Below are positions 9,642 through 20,900 of a stretch of DNA of 48,782 nucleotides, piece by piece (position 1 is the stretch's first letter; each line of letters begins with the position of its first letter). Location of the stretch: contig DAIUCM010000005.1 of the NCBI GenBank assembly GCA_036846145.1, positions 11,032 to 59,813 on the forward strand. Reading direction: 5' to 3'. The translations under genes and the position numbers were made by a program. Source of the DNA: Bacteroidota bacterium. GTDB lineage: Bacteria; Bacteroidota; Bacteroidia; CAILMK01. Under the pieces are notes generated by a model that saw nothing but the letters and a program-made list of their open reading frames with translations, did not search any database and had not been told where the DNA came from.

Positions 9642-12600
9642 TTATTTGCTTGATTTTTCTCTGGCTAAAATTGCTTTCAGTTTTTCCTGGGCAGTGGCTT
9701 TTATCTCATCATTACCTTTGTAATTATCAATAATACTCTGTAATGTATTTTTCGCCTGGAAATCATCTGCAAGCTTCACAAACACATCGGCCAGCAAAAT
9801 AAAACCCTTGGCTTTCCAGTAATTGTAAAATCCGTATTTATCTTTTATATCGAAAATAGAATTCTGTGCATCTTCGTATTTTTCCTGCATATAATATATG
9901 TTGGCGATATTATATGTGGCTTCTGCGCCGGCTTCGGTTTTACTTGCTTTTTGTACCGAAATAAAGTTAGCGAGCGCTTGGTCCAGCTGGTTAAGCGCCA
10001 GGTAACTTTTAGCAATATACAGCTGCGCTTCGGTCTTGTTTTCTTCGCTGGCAATACCTAAGTCGAGTATTTTGTTACCAACGGTTATCGTTTTCTGGTA
10101 ATTGTTAAGCAGGTATTGCGAGCGCAGCTGGCCTAAAATAGCCAGGTAAACGTTTTGCTTGTTGTTGGCGATTTCCTCCAGCTGCTCATAACGTTTCAGC
10201 GCGAAATTGTAATCCTTATCCTGGAAATAAAGCTCCGCCGATGTTTTCAAGGCTTTCTCCATATGCTGGTTAGGGCTTTTGCTGATAACGTAATTATAAT
10301 GCTGGCCGGCTCTCGCATTCATTCCCGATTTTACTTCGCACTCTGCCAGGTAAAAATTCGCATCTACCGCAAAGTAACCGTTCGGGTATTTGGCCAGGTA
10401 TTTCTCCAGCGAGCTTATTGCAGCTTTGCAATCATTCTTTTTATAATTATTAAATGCTGAAATATACATAAGCGAATCCTGAGAGTTCATCTGCAGGTTG
10501 CTGTTCGGATTATCGCGGTAGAAACGATCAAGGCTATCGGTTAAACCACGATCAATATAGCTGTTCTGTATAAACTTAAGCGCTTGTTTTGCTTCAGGGC
10601 TGGCCGGATATTTTTGCACTACCGATTTAAAAACAGCGACAGCTTTATCATCCTGCTCAAGCGCCTGGTGCGCCAAACCAATACTAAGTTGTGCGGAAAT
10701 ATAATAGTTGTTTTTCGGGTAATTGTAATTCAGGTTCTGGAACTCTTTTATAGCCTGGCTGAAGTTTGCGGAGTTCATATAAGATTCTGCAATGCTGAAC
10801 AATGCATCATCTACATACGCAGAGTTGGGGAAAGATTTTGTAAGGCTGCGGAGTGTGGCAATTTTAGCGTCAGCATTTCCCTGCAAACCCTGTATAATGC
10901 CTTTCTGGTAAGTGGCATAATCAGATTCCTGCGCGCGGGAAGCAATAATTTCCTCATAGCCGCTAATGGCAGGTCCGTAGTTCTTCAGCGCAAAATTACA
11001 GTCGGCCATTCGTATCACAGCATCGGTATAGCGGTTGTTCTTCCTGCCGCTTTCTGCATCTAAATACTGTTTAAAATAATTCCTGCTTTGTACATAATCT
11101 TCAGATTGCCAGTAACAATAGCCGAGGTTGTAATACGCCATGCTATGGTAAGGCGTTTGGCGAGATTCACCCATGGCCAGGAAATTCTTGTAATTGGCCT
11201 GTGCGTTTGCTATTTCATTCTGCTTGTACTGGCTTTCTGCAATCCAGAAATAACTCAGCGCTTTAATTTTTTTATCGTTTGGCTGCCCTATGCTTTTACG
11301 GAACTGTTCTTCGGCCTCGGCAAATTGTTTGTTCCCGAAAAGCGCCAGGCCGTGCATATAAAGTATTTTCTGGTAAGCCTCATCCAGCTTTCCGCTGCGG
11401 TTAGGTATGCTTTCAATTACCGATAAAGCCTCGTTCGGGTTGTTGGCCGCAAGCAGCATCTGGCTTAAAAGCTCCTTTGCTTCATTATTATTGGCCGACC
11501 TTGGGTAGTTCTTAATATAGCTCTGTAAAGCGTCAATCGCTTCTTTCTCAAAATTAAGCTCGTATGATAATTTTGCGTAATTTAATATAGAAAGCTCCTG
11601 TACAGATGGAATAAATTTAAGCTTGGATGCGAAATCGTAACTGTTCCTGGCCTTTAATTTATCGCCGGTTTTTACATACGCGCTCGCCAGGTGATACGAA
11701 ATATTCTGGCCAACGGAATCTTTCTCGATCTTTATTTTATTGAAAGCTTTTACCGCATCGGCATAACGTTGCGCAATAAAAAGCGTATAGCCGTACTGGT
11801 ATAAATGATGCTCGGGCAAGCTGCCGGATTTCGAGTAGGCTTCATACAATTCCAATGCGCGCGTAAAATTTTTCTGTATGAAATGCGCTTCTGCAACGGC
11901 AAGCATAATTTCATCGGTTTTTTCGGCCTTATCTTCACCTTTTGCCGCCAAAGCAGCTTCGCCGGTAGAAATCACTTTATCGTATTTTTTCTGCAGCAAA
12001 TATATCTGCGTAATGTACAGCGGAATCATGGTTTTGAACCGCTTATCGTCCTTAATTTTCTGAAACTCTGTCAGCGCCTCATTATATTTACCTTCCTGGT
12101 AAGAAATATAGCCAAAATAATAGGCTGCAATTGCCTGGTTATCATTCGGTATATCTTTAATCTGCGCGAATTGCTCTTTAGCCTTTTTATTATCGTTATT
12201 TTTAAAATAAGAATAACCGAGCATAAATTTATATTCCGATTGCTCTTTTTGGCTCAGATCGCCGGCATCAACCTTTTCAAAGGCTGCAACTGCCTTGTCA
12301 AAATCTTTCTGGCGGAACTGGAATTTACCCAGGTAATAATTCACCAGCCGGGCTTTTGGGTGCTCGGGATAATTTTGTGTAAACTGTGTAAGCAGAATTT
12401 CAGCATCATCCTGGTAAAGCTCCATGCTGGATAAAGCAATAAAATAGTTAGCTTCCGCACGCAGATTATTGTTATTATCGCCGGAATTCAAATATTGCGT
12501 AAATAGCTTTTGCGCTGCCGCATAGTGCTGGCTTTCATACAATTCCTGGCCTTTTTTAAACAACTCCAGCGGATGTATATCAGCCATTGTCTGCTGGCCG

Positions 12601-12668
12601 TAAACCTGCGCCGATGCAATAAAAACTAAAAAAATTGATATACGAAGAACTCTTGAAATAGGATTCAT
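9642..12668 (-). CDS. Large tetratricopeptide-repeat (TPR) protein with a signal peptide, 1008 aa
   Basis: MNPISRVLRISIFLVFIASAQVYGQ signal peptide. The body shows many W/Y-x-x-LG/AxxYxxxxxYxxA TPR-like repeats (for example AIAAYYFGYISYQEGKYNEAL and YYNLGYCYWQSEDY). The plus-strand ORFs inside it are antisense artefacts. Confidence 0.85.
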   Translation of the reverse strand: MNPISRVLRISIFLVFIASAQVYGQQTMADIHPLELFKKGQELYESQHYAAAQKLFTQYLNSGDNNNNLRAEANYFIALSSMELYQDDAEILLTQFTQNYPEHPKARLVNYYLGKFQFRQKDFDKAVAAFEKVDAGDLSQKEQSEYKFMLGYSYFKNNDNKKAKEQFAQIKDIPNDNQAIAAYYFGYISYQEGKYNEALTEFQKIKDDKRFKTMIPLYITQIYLLQKKYDKVISTGEAALAAKGEDKAEKTDEIMLAVAEAHFIQKNFTRALELYEAYSKSGSLPEHHLYQYGYTLFIAQRYADAVKAFNKIKIEKDSVGQNISYHLASAYVKTGDKLKARNSYDFASKLKFIPSVQELSILNYAKLSYELNFEKEAIDALQSYIKNYPRSANNNEAKELLSQMLLAANNPNEALSVIESIPNRSGKLDEAYQKILYMHGLALFGNKQFAEAEEQFRKSIGQPNDKKIKALSYFWIAESQYKQNEIANAQANYKNFLAMGESRQTPYHSMAYYNLGYCYWQSEDYVQSRNYFKQYLDAESGRKNNRYTDAVIRMADCNFALKNYGPAISGYEEIIASRAQESDYATYQKGIIQGLQGNADAKIATLRSLTKSFPNSAYVDDALFSIAESYMNSANFSQAIKEFQNLNYNYPKNNYYISAQLSIGLAHQALEQDDKAVAVFKSVVQKYPASPEAKQALKFIQNSYIDRGLTDSLDRFYRDNPNSNLQMNSQDSLMYISAFNNYKKNDCKAAISSLEKYLAKYPNGYFAVDANFYLAECEVKSGMNARAGQHYNYVISKSPNQHMEKALKTSAELYFQDKDYNFALKRYEQLEEIANNKQNVYLAILGQLRSQYLLNNYQKTITVGNKILDLGIASEENKTEAQLYIAKSYLALNQLDQALANFISVQKASKTEAGAEATYNIANIYYMQEKYEDAQNSIFDIKDKYGFYNYWKAKGFILLADVFVKLADDFQAKNTLQSIIDNYKGNDEIKATAQEKLKAILAREKSSK

Positions 12669-13051
12669 ATAAATATAACGAAGCTTATGCTATTGTATTA
12701 TTACTGGAAATGCTCAAAATTAAATTAATTCTCGTTAAGCAAAAGAGATAAGGATAAGTTGTTTGTTTGGCGCAAGTTTATCCACAAAATAAATGTAAGA
12801 ATGAAAGACTGAATGAATGAAAAAATACTTATTTACTTGTTAGTTTTGCTTTGCATTGTTACGCATTCATTCAGCTACTATTCGTTTGTTTTCAAAGTAT
12901 TTTATGGCATTTTGCTATATGGGAAATTTATATTCTTCTTTAGATGAAGCGTAGCAAATGGATTGCCAGTTTTACATGTTAGTTATTAAAATTGGATTAA
13001 TTTCCAGAGCGAGGGAAAACATATATAGCTTACGCAAAAATGATTTGAAAC

Positions 13052-14134
13052 CTAAATTCTGCTCACTTTGCTGCGCAACAAATGATCAGCCATTACCAGA
13101 GCAGCCATGGCCTCTACAATGGGTACAGCACGCGGAACAACACAAGGGTCGTGCCTTCCTTTCCCTTCCACCTCTGCTTTTTCGCCCTGCTGGTTTACGG
13201 TTTGCTGTTTTTGCGCAATCGTGGCAACCGGTTTAAAGGCTACTCTGAAATAAATATCCTCACCGTTGGAAATACCGCCTTGCACGCCACCGGAATTATT
13301 TGTTTTTGTGTGAATCTGATTTTCGGAAGTTGAAACAAATTCATCGTTATGTTCGCTTCCACGCATACTTGCAGCATCAAATCCACTGCCAATATCAAAA
13401 CCTTTTACCGCATTTATACTCAACATGGCTTTCCCAAGATCGGCATGTAATTTATCGAAAACAGGTTCACCTAATCCGGTTGGTGCATTCTGAATAACAC
13501 AAGTAATAATTCCACCCAAACTATCGCCTGCATCGCGCGCTTCTTCAATAGCCTGAAGCATTTTTTCGGCAGTTGGCATATGCGGGCAGCGAATAAGATT
13601 GGCCTCGGTTTGATTTAAATCTAATTCATTGTAAGGAATTTCGAGTTTTATTTTACCGACCTGGCTTACAAAAGCCTGTATTTTTATATTGGATTGCTTT
13701 AGCAGTAATTTGGCAATGGCGCCCGCTGCAACACGTGCCGCCGTTTCCCTGGCCGATGATCTTCCACCACCGCGATAATCACGGAAACCATATTTTTCAT
13801 CGTACGTAAAATCTGCGTGGCTCGGGCGATAAACATCCTTTAACTTATCATAATCCTGGCTTCGCTGATCTTTGTTCTGGATCAATAAAGTAATCGGAGC
13901 ACCTGTAGATATTTTTTCAAAAACGCCGGAAATGATCTCAACCGTATCATCTTCCTTACGCTGTGTTGTGATTTGAGATTGGCCGGGTTTTCTGCGAGAC
14001 ATTTCACTGGCGATAAAATCCTCATCAATTTCAAAACCAGCCGGGCAGCCGTCAATCACCACGCCAATGGCTTTTCCATGGCTTTCGCCGAAGGTTGTTA
14101 TGCGAAATAAAGTGCCAAATGAATTGCCTGCCAT
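13052..14134 (-). CDS. aroC: Chorismate synthase
   Basis: [33 protein letters not shown]...[19 protein letters not shown] are canonical AroC motifs. Confidence 0.92.
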   Translation of the reverse strand: MAGNSFGTLFRITTFGESHGKAIGVVIDGCPAGFEIDEDFIASEMSRRKPGQSQITTQRKEDDTVEIISGVFEKISTGAPITLLIQNKDQRSQDYDKLKDVYRPSHADFTYDEKYGFRDYRGGGRSSARETAARVAAGAIAKLLLKQSNIKIQAFVSQVGKIKLEIPYNELDLNQTEANLIRCPHMPTAEKMLQAIEEARDAGDSLGGIITCVIQNAPTGLGEPVFDKLHADLGKAMLSINAVKGFDIGSGFDAASMRGSEHNDEFVSTSENQIHTKTNNSGGVQGGISNGEDIYFRVAFKPVATIAQKQQTVNQQGEKAEVEGKGRHDPCVVPRAVPIVEAMAALVMADHLLRSKVSRI

Positions 14135-14180
14135 TTTCTGAGTTTTAAAGCATTTTATGTGATTAAGTTATATGGATTTT

Positions 14181-14296
14181 GATGGATTAAAATCCATCCC
14201 TACAAAATTTGATCGTCCCGATGGGACTTAATCAGCGCTAAGGACAAAGTTCCGTAGGAACGGTCAAATATTGTAGCAACGGATTTCAATCCGTTG
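14181..14296. promoter_or_regulatory. Compact multi-hairpin element in the aroA-aroC intergenic region
   Basis: Four hairpins: H1 GATGGATT-aa-AATCCATC (14181-14198), H2 GTCCC-gat-GGGAC (14215-14227), H3 GTTCC-gta-GGAAC (14249-14261) and H4 CAACGGATT-tc-AATCCGTTG (14277-14296). A long-range pairing CTACAAAATTTGA (14200-14212) with TCAAATATTGTAG (14264-14276) encloses H2 and H3. Confidence 0.4.
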
Positions 14297-14301
14297 AAAA
14301 G

Positions 14302-15546
14302 TTAAATTTCTTTTGTTTCAAAAATAAACTCTTTTTCCTGCATCACGCTCCAAAAACCAGGATAAGATTTCTCTACACAATCAGGGTTTTCGATCCAAAT
14401 ATTTGAATGTTGCGACGCTAAAACGCTCCAGCTCATTGCCATTCTGTGATCGTCATACGTTTTCATCCATATCTCATCTTGTGGAAAAATGCTTTGGTTG
14501 TATGATTTACAACTCAAACTATTTTCTGTGATTTCAATTTCAAATCCCAATTTCGCCAGTTCCGTTTTCAATACTTCTGCACGATGGCTTTCCTTGTATT
14601 TCAGCGTTTTTGTGCCTGTAATGTTGAATGGAATTTGTTTCGCGCAACATAAAGTTATGAAAGTTGGAATTAGGTCCGGATAATCTATAAAATCAGCTTC
14701 GAAAATTGTTTGTTTTGCATTTTCAGAATAATTTGAAATTGTACAAACTGTACTTCCAAAAGTTGTTTCAATCCAGAAATGTTGCATGAATTTTTGTAGG
14801 ATGGAATCGCCCTGGTAACTGTCTTCAAACAGGTTATGAAAATCTATTTGTGATTCCTGTAAAACGGTAGCCAAAGCGTACCAGTAAGAAGCGGAAGACC
14901 AGTCATTTTCTACCTGGAAAGGTTTAGCTAGGTATTTTTGCGGTTCTATATATATGGAATTCCTATCGCGTGAATATTTGATGCCAAAATAGGAAAGCAT
15001 TTTTAACGTTAGATCCAGATACGGCGCAGAAACAATTTCACCTTCCAAAACTATTTTTAATGTCGATGAAAGGGTAGGAGCAATCAGCAAAATGGCGCTT
15101 GCGAACTGGCTGCTTTGTGATGCAGATAACCCAATTTCTCCACCGGATAATTTTGTGCCTGTAATGTGCAGCGGCGGGTAATTTTCCTTCCCCGTATATT
15201 CTATTTGCGCGCCGAGTTTACGTAATGCATCTACCAATGGTGAAATGGGCCTTTCGTGCATTCTCTGGCTGCCGCTGAGGTAAATATCACCGGGCTTTTG
15301 CGCAAAATAAGCCGTGAGAAACCGCATGGCTGTTCCTGCATTTTTGATATATAATTCCTCTTCGTCTGATTCTAAAATGGCTTTTAATAGCAAAGTATCA
15401 TCTGCCATGGAAAGATTGTGAATCGGGAATTTTTCACTGCATAAAGCCTGTATAATTAAGGCGCGGTTGCTGATGCTTTTTGAGGCCTGTAAACGTACAA
15501 ATCCGCTGAGTTTTTCAGGAGTTTTTACGATTCGAAGCCATTTCAT
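14302..15546 (-). CDS. aroA: 3-phosphoshikimate 1-carboxyvinyltransferase (EPSP synthase)
   Basis: MKWLRIVKTPEKLSGFVRLQASKSISNRALI..., 414 aa with EPSP synthase architecture; overlaps the aroB start by 4 nt. Confidence 0.9.
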   Translation of the reverse strand: MKWLRIVKTPEKLSGFVRLQASKSISNRALIIQALCSEKFPIHNLSMADDTLLLKAILESDEEELYIKNAGTAMRFLTAYFAQKPGDIYLSGSQRMHERPISPLVDALRKLGAQIEYTGKENYPPLHITGTKLSGGEIGLSASQSSQFASAILLIAPTLSSTLKIVLEGEIVSAPYLDLTLKMLSYFGIKYSRDRNSIYIEPQKYLAKPFQVENDWSSASYWYALATVLQESQIDFHNLFEDSYQGDSILQKFMQHFWIETTFGSTVCTISNYSENAKQTIFEADFIDYPDLIPTFITLCCAKQIPFNITGTKTLKYKESHRAEVLKTELAKLGFEIEITENSLSCKSYNQSIFPQDEIWMKTYDDHRMAMSWSVLASQHSNIWIENPDCVEKSYPGFWSVMQEKEFIFETKEI

Positions 15547-16589
15547 ATCAGGCTGCGGTAAAAATCCAATGCTTTGCGAACCTCATTTTCCGAGCATGGA
15601 ACATCAAAAACAGCTTTTCCGATTTTATCCAGCAACACCAGTCGGAAATTACCTCGTGAGTTCTTTTTATCGTTCCGCATCAGGGCAAAAAGTTCTTCGT
15701 AATCCGCTTCAGAAATCTCGTATGGTTTAAAGAATTTCAGAATATAATCTACAACTGACTGCATTTGCTCCAGCGGCATTCCGTTGATGATGTGCGAAAG
15801 ATATGCTTCAGCAATCATGCCCATGGCTACCGCTTCACCGTGATGCAAAGGTTCTTCATCGTGCTGCATCGAGAAACTTTCCAACCCATGCCCAACGGTA
15901 TGGCCGAAATTGAGTATTTTTCGGATGTTTTTTTCGGTCGGGTCGGTATCCGTAATCTGTTGCTTGATCTTCATGCAGGTTTGCAGAATTTCCGGTTGTA
16001 AAATCAGTTGTTGCGGATTGAAAATGATCTTCAGGTTTTCCCAGAGTTCCGCATCGGAAATTAACGCATATTTTATCACTTCCGCATATCCGGAACGCAA
16101 TTCCCGCTCGGGCAAAGTGTATAAAAACGGCGTGTGGAAAATGATGGAATGTGGCTGCGCGAAAGTACCGATGGCGTTTTTCACCTCGCCGAAATTAATC
16201 CCTGTTTTTCCACCAATAGCTGCATCTACCATTCCTAAAAGTGTTGTTGGAATATTGATGTAGCTGATGCCGCGTTTATAAGTTGATGCCGCGAAACTTC
16301 CCAGATCTGTAACCATTCCGCCACCTAAATTTATTAAAACAGCGTTCCTGTCTGTTTCTTTTTCAAGCAACTGGTTCCAGATCTTTTCTGCGTTCTGCAG
16401 GTTTTTGCTTTCTTCACCGGCGGGCACTGAAATAAGCGTTGCAGTATCCTGTAACTCCTGCGGAATCAGCGGCAAACAATGGATGAAAGTATTTCTGTCG
16501 GTGAGTATATATGTAGATGTGAAGTTGCCTTTCTGCAAAAGCAAGGTTAAATCCTGGAACAGATCCTGCGAAAAAACAAGTTTCTCCAT
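15543..16589 (-). CDS. aroB: 3-dehydroquinate synthase
   Basis: LINLGGGMVTDLGSFAASTYKRGISYINIPTTLLGMVDAAIGGKTGINF...HTVGHGLE are DHQ synthase NAD-binding and metal-binding motifs. Confidence 0.9.
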   Translation of the reverse strand: MEKLVFSQDLFQDLTLLLQKGNFTSTYILTDRNTFIHCLPLIPQELQDTATLISVPAGEESKNLQNAEKIWNQLLEKETDRNAVLINLGGGMVTDLGSFAASTYKRGISYINIPTTLLGMVDAAIGGKTGINFGEVKNAIGTFAQPHSIIFHTPFLYTLPERELRSGYAEVIKYALISDAELWENLKIIFNPQQLILQPEILQTCMKIKQQITDTDPTEKNIRKILNFGHTVGHGLESFSMQHDEEPLHHGEAVAMGMIAEAYLSHIINGMPLEQMQSVVDYILKFFKPYEISEADYEELFALMRNDKKNSRGNFRLVLLDKIGKAVFDVPCSENEVRKALDFYRSLI

Positions 16590-16591
16590 TT

Positions 16592-17275
16592 TTATTCTTT
16601 TACTTTTTTTTGCACCATTTCGTACACCAGCAGCAACTGTTCTTGTGGCGTTAAGTTGCTGTTATTAAGCACAATGGCGTCATCCGCCTGTTTCAATGGG
16701 CTTTCTTCCCGGTGTGTATCAATGTAATCGCGGCGTTTAATGTTCTCGCGGACGTCTTCAAGATCAATATTTTCACCATTGGCTTTCAGTTCATCGTAGC
16801 GGCGCTCAATGCGAATATCTTCATCGGCAGTCATAAACAATTTTAACTCAGCCTGTGGGAAAACAACAGTTCCAATATCGCGGCCATCCATCACAATACC
16901 TTTATTATCACCCATTTTCTGCTGCTGCGCTACTAAAAAACTACGAACTTCTTTAATAGCTGCCACAGGACTTACTTTGTTGGAAATTTCAGGACTTCGT
17001 ATTTCTTTTTCTACACTGTAGCCATTCAGAATCGTGATCTGCTTGCCTGTGTTTTCATCGTAATCGAAATCTATGGAAATATCCTTCAGGGCTTTTTCTA
17101 CAGCTTCATGTTCTTTGATATTCACATCATTTTCCTCGAAATAATACGTTACAGCCCTGTACATGGCGCCCGTGTCTATATACCTGTATCCCAACTTTTT
17201 GGCAAGGTCTTTAGCGAGCGTGCTTTTGCCGCAGGAAGAGAAACCGTCAATGGCAATAATTATCTTTTTCGACAT
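16592..17275 (-). CDS. cmk: Cytidylate kinase
   Basis: MSKKIIIAIDGFSSCGKSTLAKDLAKKLGYRYIDTGAMYRAVT is the P-loop and CMP-kinase N-terminus; the gene abuts aroB. Confidence 0.9.
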   Translation of the reverse strand: MSKKIIIAIDGFSSCGKSTLAKDLAKKLGYRYIDTGAMYRAVTYYFEENDVNIKEHEAVEKALKDISIDFDYDENTGKQITILNGYSVEKEIRSPEISNKVSPVAAIKEVRSFLVAQQQKMGDNKGIVMDGRDIGTVVFPQAELKLFMTADEDIRIERRYDELKANGENIDLEDVRENIKRRDYIDTHREESPLKQADDAIVLNNSNLTPQEQLLLVYEMVQKKVKE

Positions 17276-17366
17276 ACAGAATATATGGGCTGCTTTCGGT
17301 GGCGAATTTAAGGATAATTAAAGCATTTTTCAGGGTTTGGGGATATGGTTTTAGAATCTACCTTTG

Positions 17367-17666
17367 CTACCAATTCAAAACATCATTTGATAAATCTTTC
17401 CATTCAGGATTGGTTTTAATTATTAGTTCGTCCTTCCATTCGCGTTTCCAGCTTTTCAATTGTTTTTCTCTGGCAATTGCTTCTTCGATTGAATGGAAGC
17501 ATTCGTAATAGACCAGTTTAGTGCAGTTGAATTTTGATGTAAAGGAGTTTGGGTAAATTTTGGATTTGCGTTCTTGATTGCGTGTTTGTAAATCAGAGGT
17601 TACGCCGATGTATAAAACTGTGTGATGTTTGTTTGTGAGTATATAGATGCATCCGCCGCTTTCCAT
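17367..17666 (-). CDS. GIY-YIG nuclease family protein (UPF0213-like)
   Basis: CIYILTNKHHTVLYIGVTSDLQTRNQER...EEAIAREKQLKSWKREWK matches the GIY-YIG domain signature. Confidence 0.8.
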   Translation of the reverse strand: MESGGCIYILTNKHHTVLYIGVTSDLQTRNQERKSKIYPNSFTSKFNCTKLVYYECFHSIEEAIAREKQLKSWKREWKDELIIKTNPEWKDLSNDVLNW

Positions 17667-17764
17667 ACGTTGATAGATAATGGGTTTTATTGAATGTTGA
17701 TTTGAATTGCCTTCTTGAAGGATGATTTAGTTGTGCGTTACTTCTTCTGGGTTGTGATTTTATT

Positions 17765-17893
17765 CCTTCGAATCGGGGGATTCCGGGTCAAGCCCGGAAT
17801 GACGTAAGTTGTTCGAGGAACTTCGAATGGTCTGAATAGCGCCTCGTCCTTAACCGTCATTCCGGGCTTGACCCGGAATCCCCAACATCGAAG
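17765..17893. repeat. MITE-like palindromic repeat, copy A
   Basis: Terminal inverted repeats of about 38 bp (CTTCGAATCGGGGGATTCCGGGTCAAGCCCGGAATGACG ... CGTCATTCCGGGCTTGACCCGGAATCCCCAACATCGAAG). Each arm contains its own ATTCCGGG-N5-CCCGGAAT hairpin. It has no ORF, and a second copy sits at 37876-38053. Confidence 0.6.
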
Positions 17894-17953
17894 CTATGTA
17901 CAGTATTAACAGAATTAAACAACAAATACCAAGTTTTGAAAATGCAACAGTTC

Positions 17954-20900
17954 TTAAGCCTCAAAGAATAACTCCAACTTCTTCCCACCCAAATCCAGCA
18001 AATAAGCCTTCACTTTACCTCCGCTTTTCAAAGCCAAAAACTCAGCATACTTCCTATAAGCAACCAAAACATCTTCCTCAGCAAAAGCATCATTCACAGC
18101 ATGCAACAAATAAATTTCATTATTAAAAGAAAAAGCTTTTAGAGGATTAAAGTTGCCGAAACCGGGTATGAGTAGGGTTTTACCAATAGCAGGATCATTT
18201 TTCTGGTACAACAACAAATTGGCTACGGCGCCCAGAGCACTTTCTGAGGATTCTATATATGTAAAAAGATTGGCTTCAGAAGGGAGATTTGATAATAGAA
18301 TATCGTGGGCTAAAGTATTTTCGGCGTCATCGTTATATAGCTTTTCCAGGTCTATTTCTGCACGCCATGCGTAAACAGGATATTCCGGTAATTCGAGGTA
18401 TTCTGCAGTGGAATTTAGGACTATTTCAGAATGATGAACAGCTGGTTCGCCGAACTGGAGAACGCGCTCTTCGGTTAGTTTTTCGTTGGGCAATAAAACA
18501 GTAGCAAGCAGTTGGGCGATGTTTTTTATGCCTTCCGATTCGGATTTATGAATGTGCGTAGAAATGAGGAGCCTTTCGCGGGCGCGGGTGAAAGCGACGT
18601 ATAAAAGGTTCAGGTTATCAATAGAAATTAAAGCTTCTTCACGTTCAAAATCGGCGGCGAAAGTACTTTCTGCGAGGTTTTTGGAATGGTTTATGGGTAA
18701 GCGGGTGAAACGGTTAAATGGAGCTTCTTCCGGTTCTACCCAAAGGATGTTGGTGTTGCGGCTGCTGCTGAATTCCCAGTTACAAAACGGCATTATCACG
18801 ACAGGAAATTCCAGGCCTTTCGATTTATGAATGGTCATGATTTGCACTGCATCCTGGTCTTCAGGTAAAACAACGGTGTAGCGGCCGGCCTGCCACCAAT
18901 CCAGGAAACCTTTTATGCTCTGGTTTTTGGTTAGGGCATATTCTAAAACCACATCCTGGAAACGCTGCAAATACGCATCCGGCTCACGATTCAAACGGAA
19001 AATGCGCACCAATTCTTCCACCAGTTCGTACAAAGGCAAAAGGCTGAGCTCGAAAATGTGTTTGGTGAAATCGGTAGGTAAAACACGCGCGTACAAACCA
19101 TCATCGTGGCGCGTAAAATCATTTAATAATTCACTGAAAGTTACTTCGGTTTCCGGCTTTTCGAAATAAGTTAAATACAGGAAAGTGATCTGTGTTTTGG
19201 CGAGATCATTCCGCGGATCGTTAAGGAAAAATAGCAAACTAAAAAGCAGGCGGACAGCAGGAGAGTGGTCCACACTTAAAGAATCCTGCGTAATGAAGGC
19301 AATATTTTCCTTGAAAAGTGTTCTGGCTACTTCATTGGCATCTTTTTTATCGCGCACCAAAACACTTATATCTTTCAGGCTATAACCACTTTGCAAACAA
19401 TTTTGAATGCTATCCAGCAAATATTGACGGGCTTTGGCGTTGTAGCTTTCCTTGCCGCGACCTTCCTTCGCAAAAAACTGTACTTCCACATAGCCGCCTT
19501 CCGCTTTTTTAGAGCCGACCTGCTGTTCTACATCCTCAAAGATCTGCCCTAAAAGCTTGTACTCATATATGTCTTTGGCAAATAATGCTTTAATGCTTTT
19601 GAAAAATCGGTTATTGAAATGGATGACCTCGGTTTTGGAGCGGAAATTCTGCGCCAGCGTAAGCCGCGAAACCTGTTCAGGAAAATCGCGCTCGCTGATC
19701 TGTTTTTCAATCAATTCCACCTCGCCGCCGCGCCAGCGGTAAATAGCCTGTTTGCTGTCGCCGACCAAAAGACAGTTAGAACCCTGCGAAACGGCATTTT
19801 CCACCAGTGGGCGCAAACCCAGCCATTGCAAACTGCTCGTATCCTGGAATTCATCAATCAAAAAATGATCGTAGCGTGCGCCTATCTTGCTGTAAATAAA
19901 AGAAATATCTTCGTTGATGATGTGTTTGGCAATGATCTTCGTAAAATCGGAAACCAGTATCACATCATTCTCCGTACGGTATTCGGTCAGCAGCTTGTTC
20001 AGCTCATCGTACACCGCGAAAGTGTAGATGTTGCGCAGCACTTCTTTGGCGGAAATATATTTCGGGTAATCGGCTGTGTATAAATTAAATATCTCATTGG
20101 CAATGGGCATGAGGAAAGTTTCTATGGCTTCCTCGCATTGGCGCGCATTGAGCGCTTTGGCATTCAGCCACTCGGCGCTTTCCGATAATCCGCGTGTAAA
20201 TCGCACACCGGGCGGGTATTTTTTCCTGTTTTTCAGGATGTTCTGGAAATGACCTGCCGGGCCGCTGCCTTTGTATTTAAAATCATCTACACAAAGCCCG
20301 TATTCATCTATTTGCTGCAAAGCTTTGCGGCCAAGCGCATCCATCCGGTTCTCGAATTGGGCAATCAGCGCGCGAAGCTCATCTATAAAAGCGGCAATTT
20401 CGGCAAGGTCCGTTTCGCCCTGTAAAATGCTGTTGTCCTTTACCAGTTCCTGCGCCATGCGGCTGAGGTTGCTGCGCACGTTCCATGAACTTCCCTGCTC
20501 GATCCGCTCGCGCACATACGCTACCAATACACGATGCACATCGGCATGCATGTGGCTGCGGTACAGGAAATTATCTACGGCATAATCCAACGCTTCCTGC
20601 GTATCCAGGAAGATATCGAAATTCATGGGCAGGTTCAGCTCCTTGCTGAAAGCGCGCAGTATTTTATGGAAAAAACTATCAATGGTGCTGATGTGGAAAT
20701 CGGCATAATTGTACAAGATCTCCTCTAGCAATCTGGCGGCATTGTTAATATGTGCCTGTGTAAGTCCTTCGTTGAGAAGCATTTGCTCATACGGCAGATC
20801 CTCGTGCATGGCCAGCTGCTCCAGCTTGCTTACAATGCGCTCCTTCATTTCGCTGGCGGCCGCATTGGTAAAGGTAATGGCCACTACGCGCCTGAACTTC

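Noticed and set aside
10155-12434. Plus-strand ORFs of 101-209 aa (10155..10460, 10584..11063, 11088..11426, 11805..12434, 11878..12063)
   Set aside because: They lie entirely inside, and antisense to, the 1008-aa TPR gene, and their translations are Ile/Phe/Leu-rich and non-protein-like.
18153-20728. Many plus-strand ORFs (for example 19619..20083, 20271..20585, 20709..21155)
   Set aside because: They are antisense to the UvrD-like helicase, whose helicase motifs are unambiguous on the minus strand.
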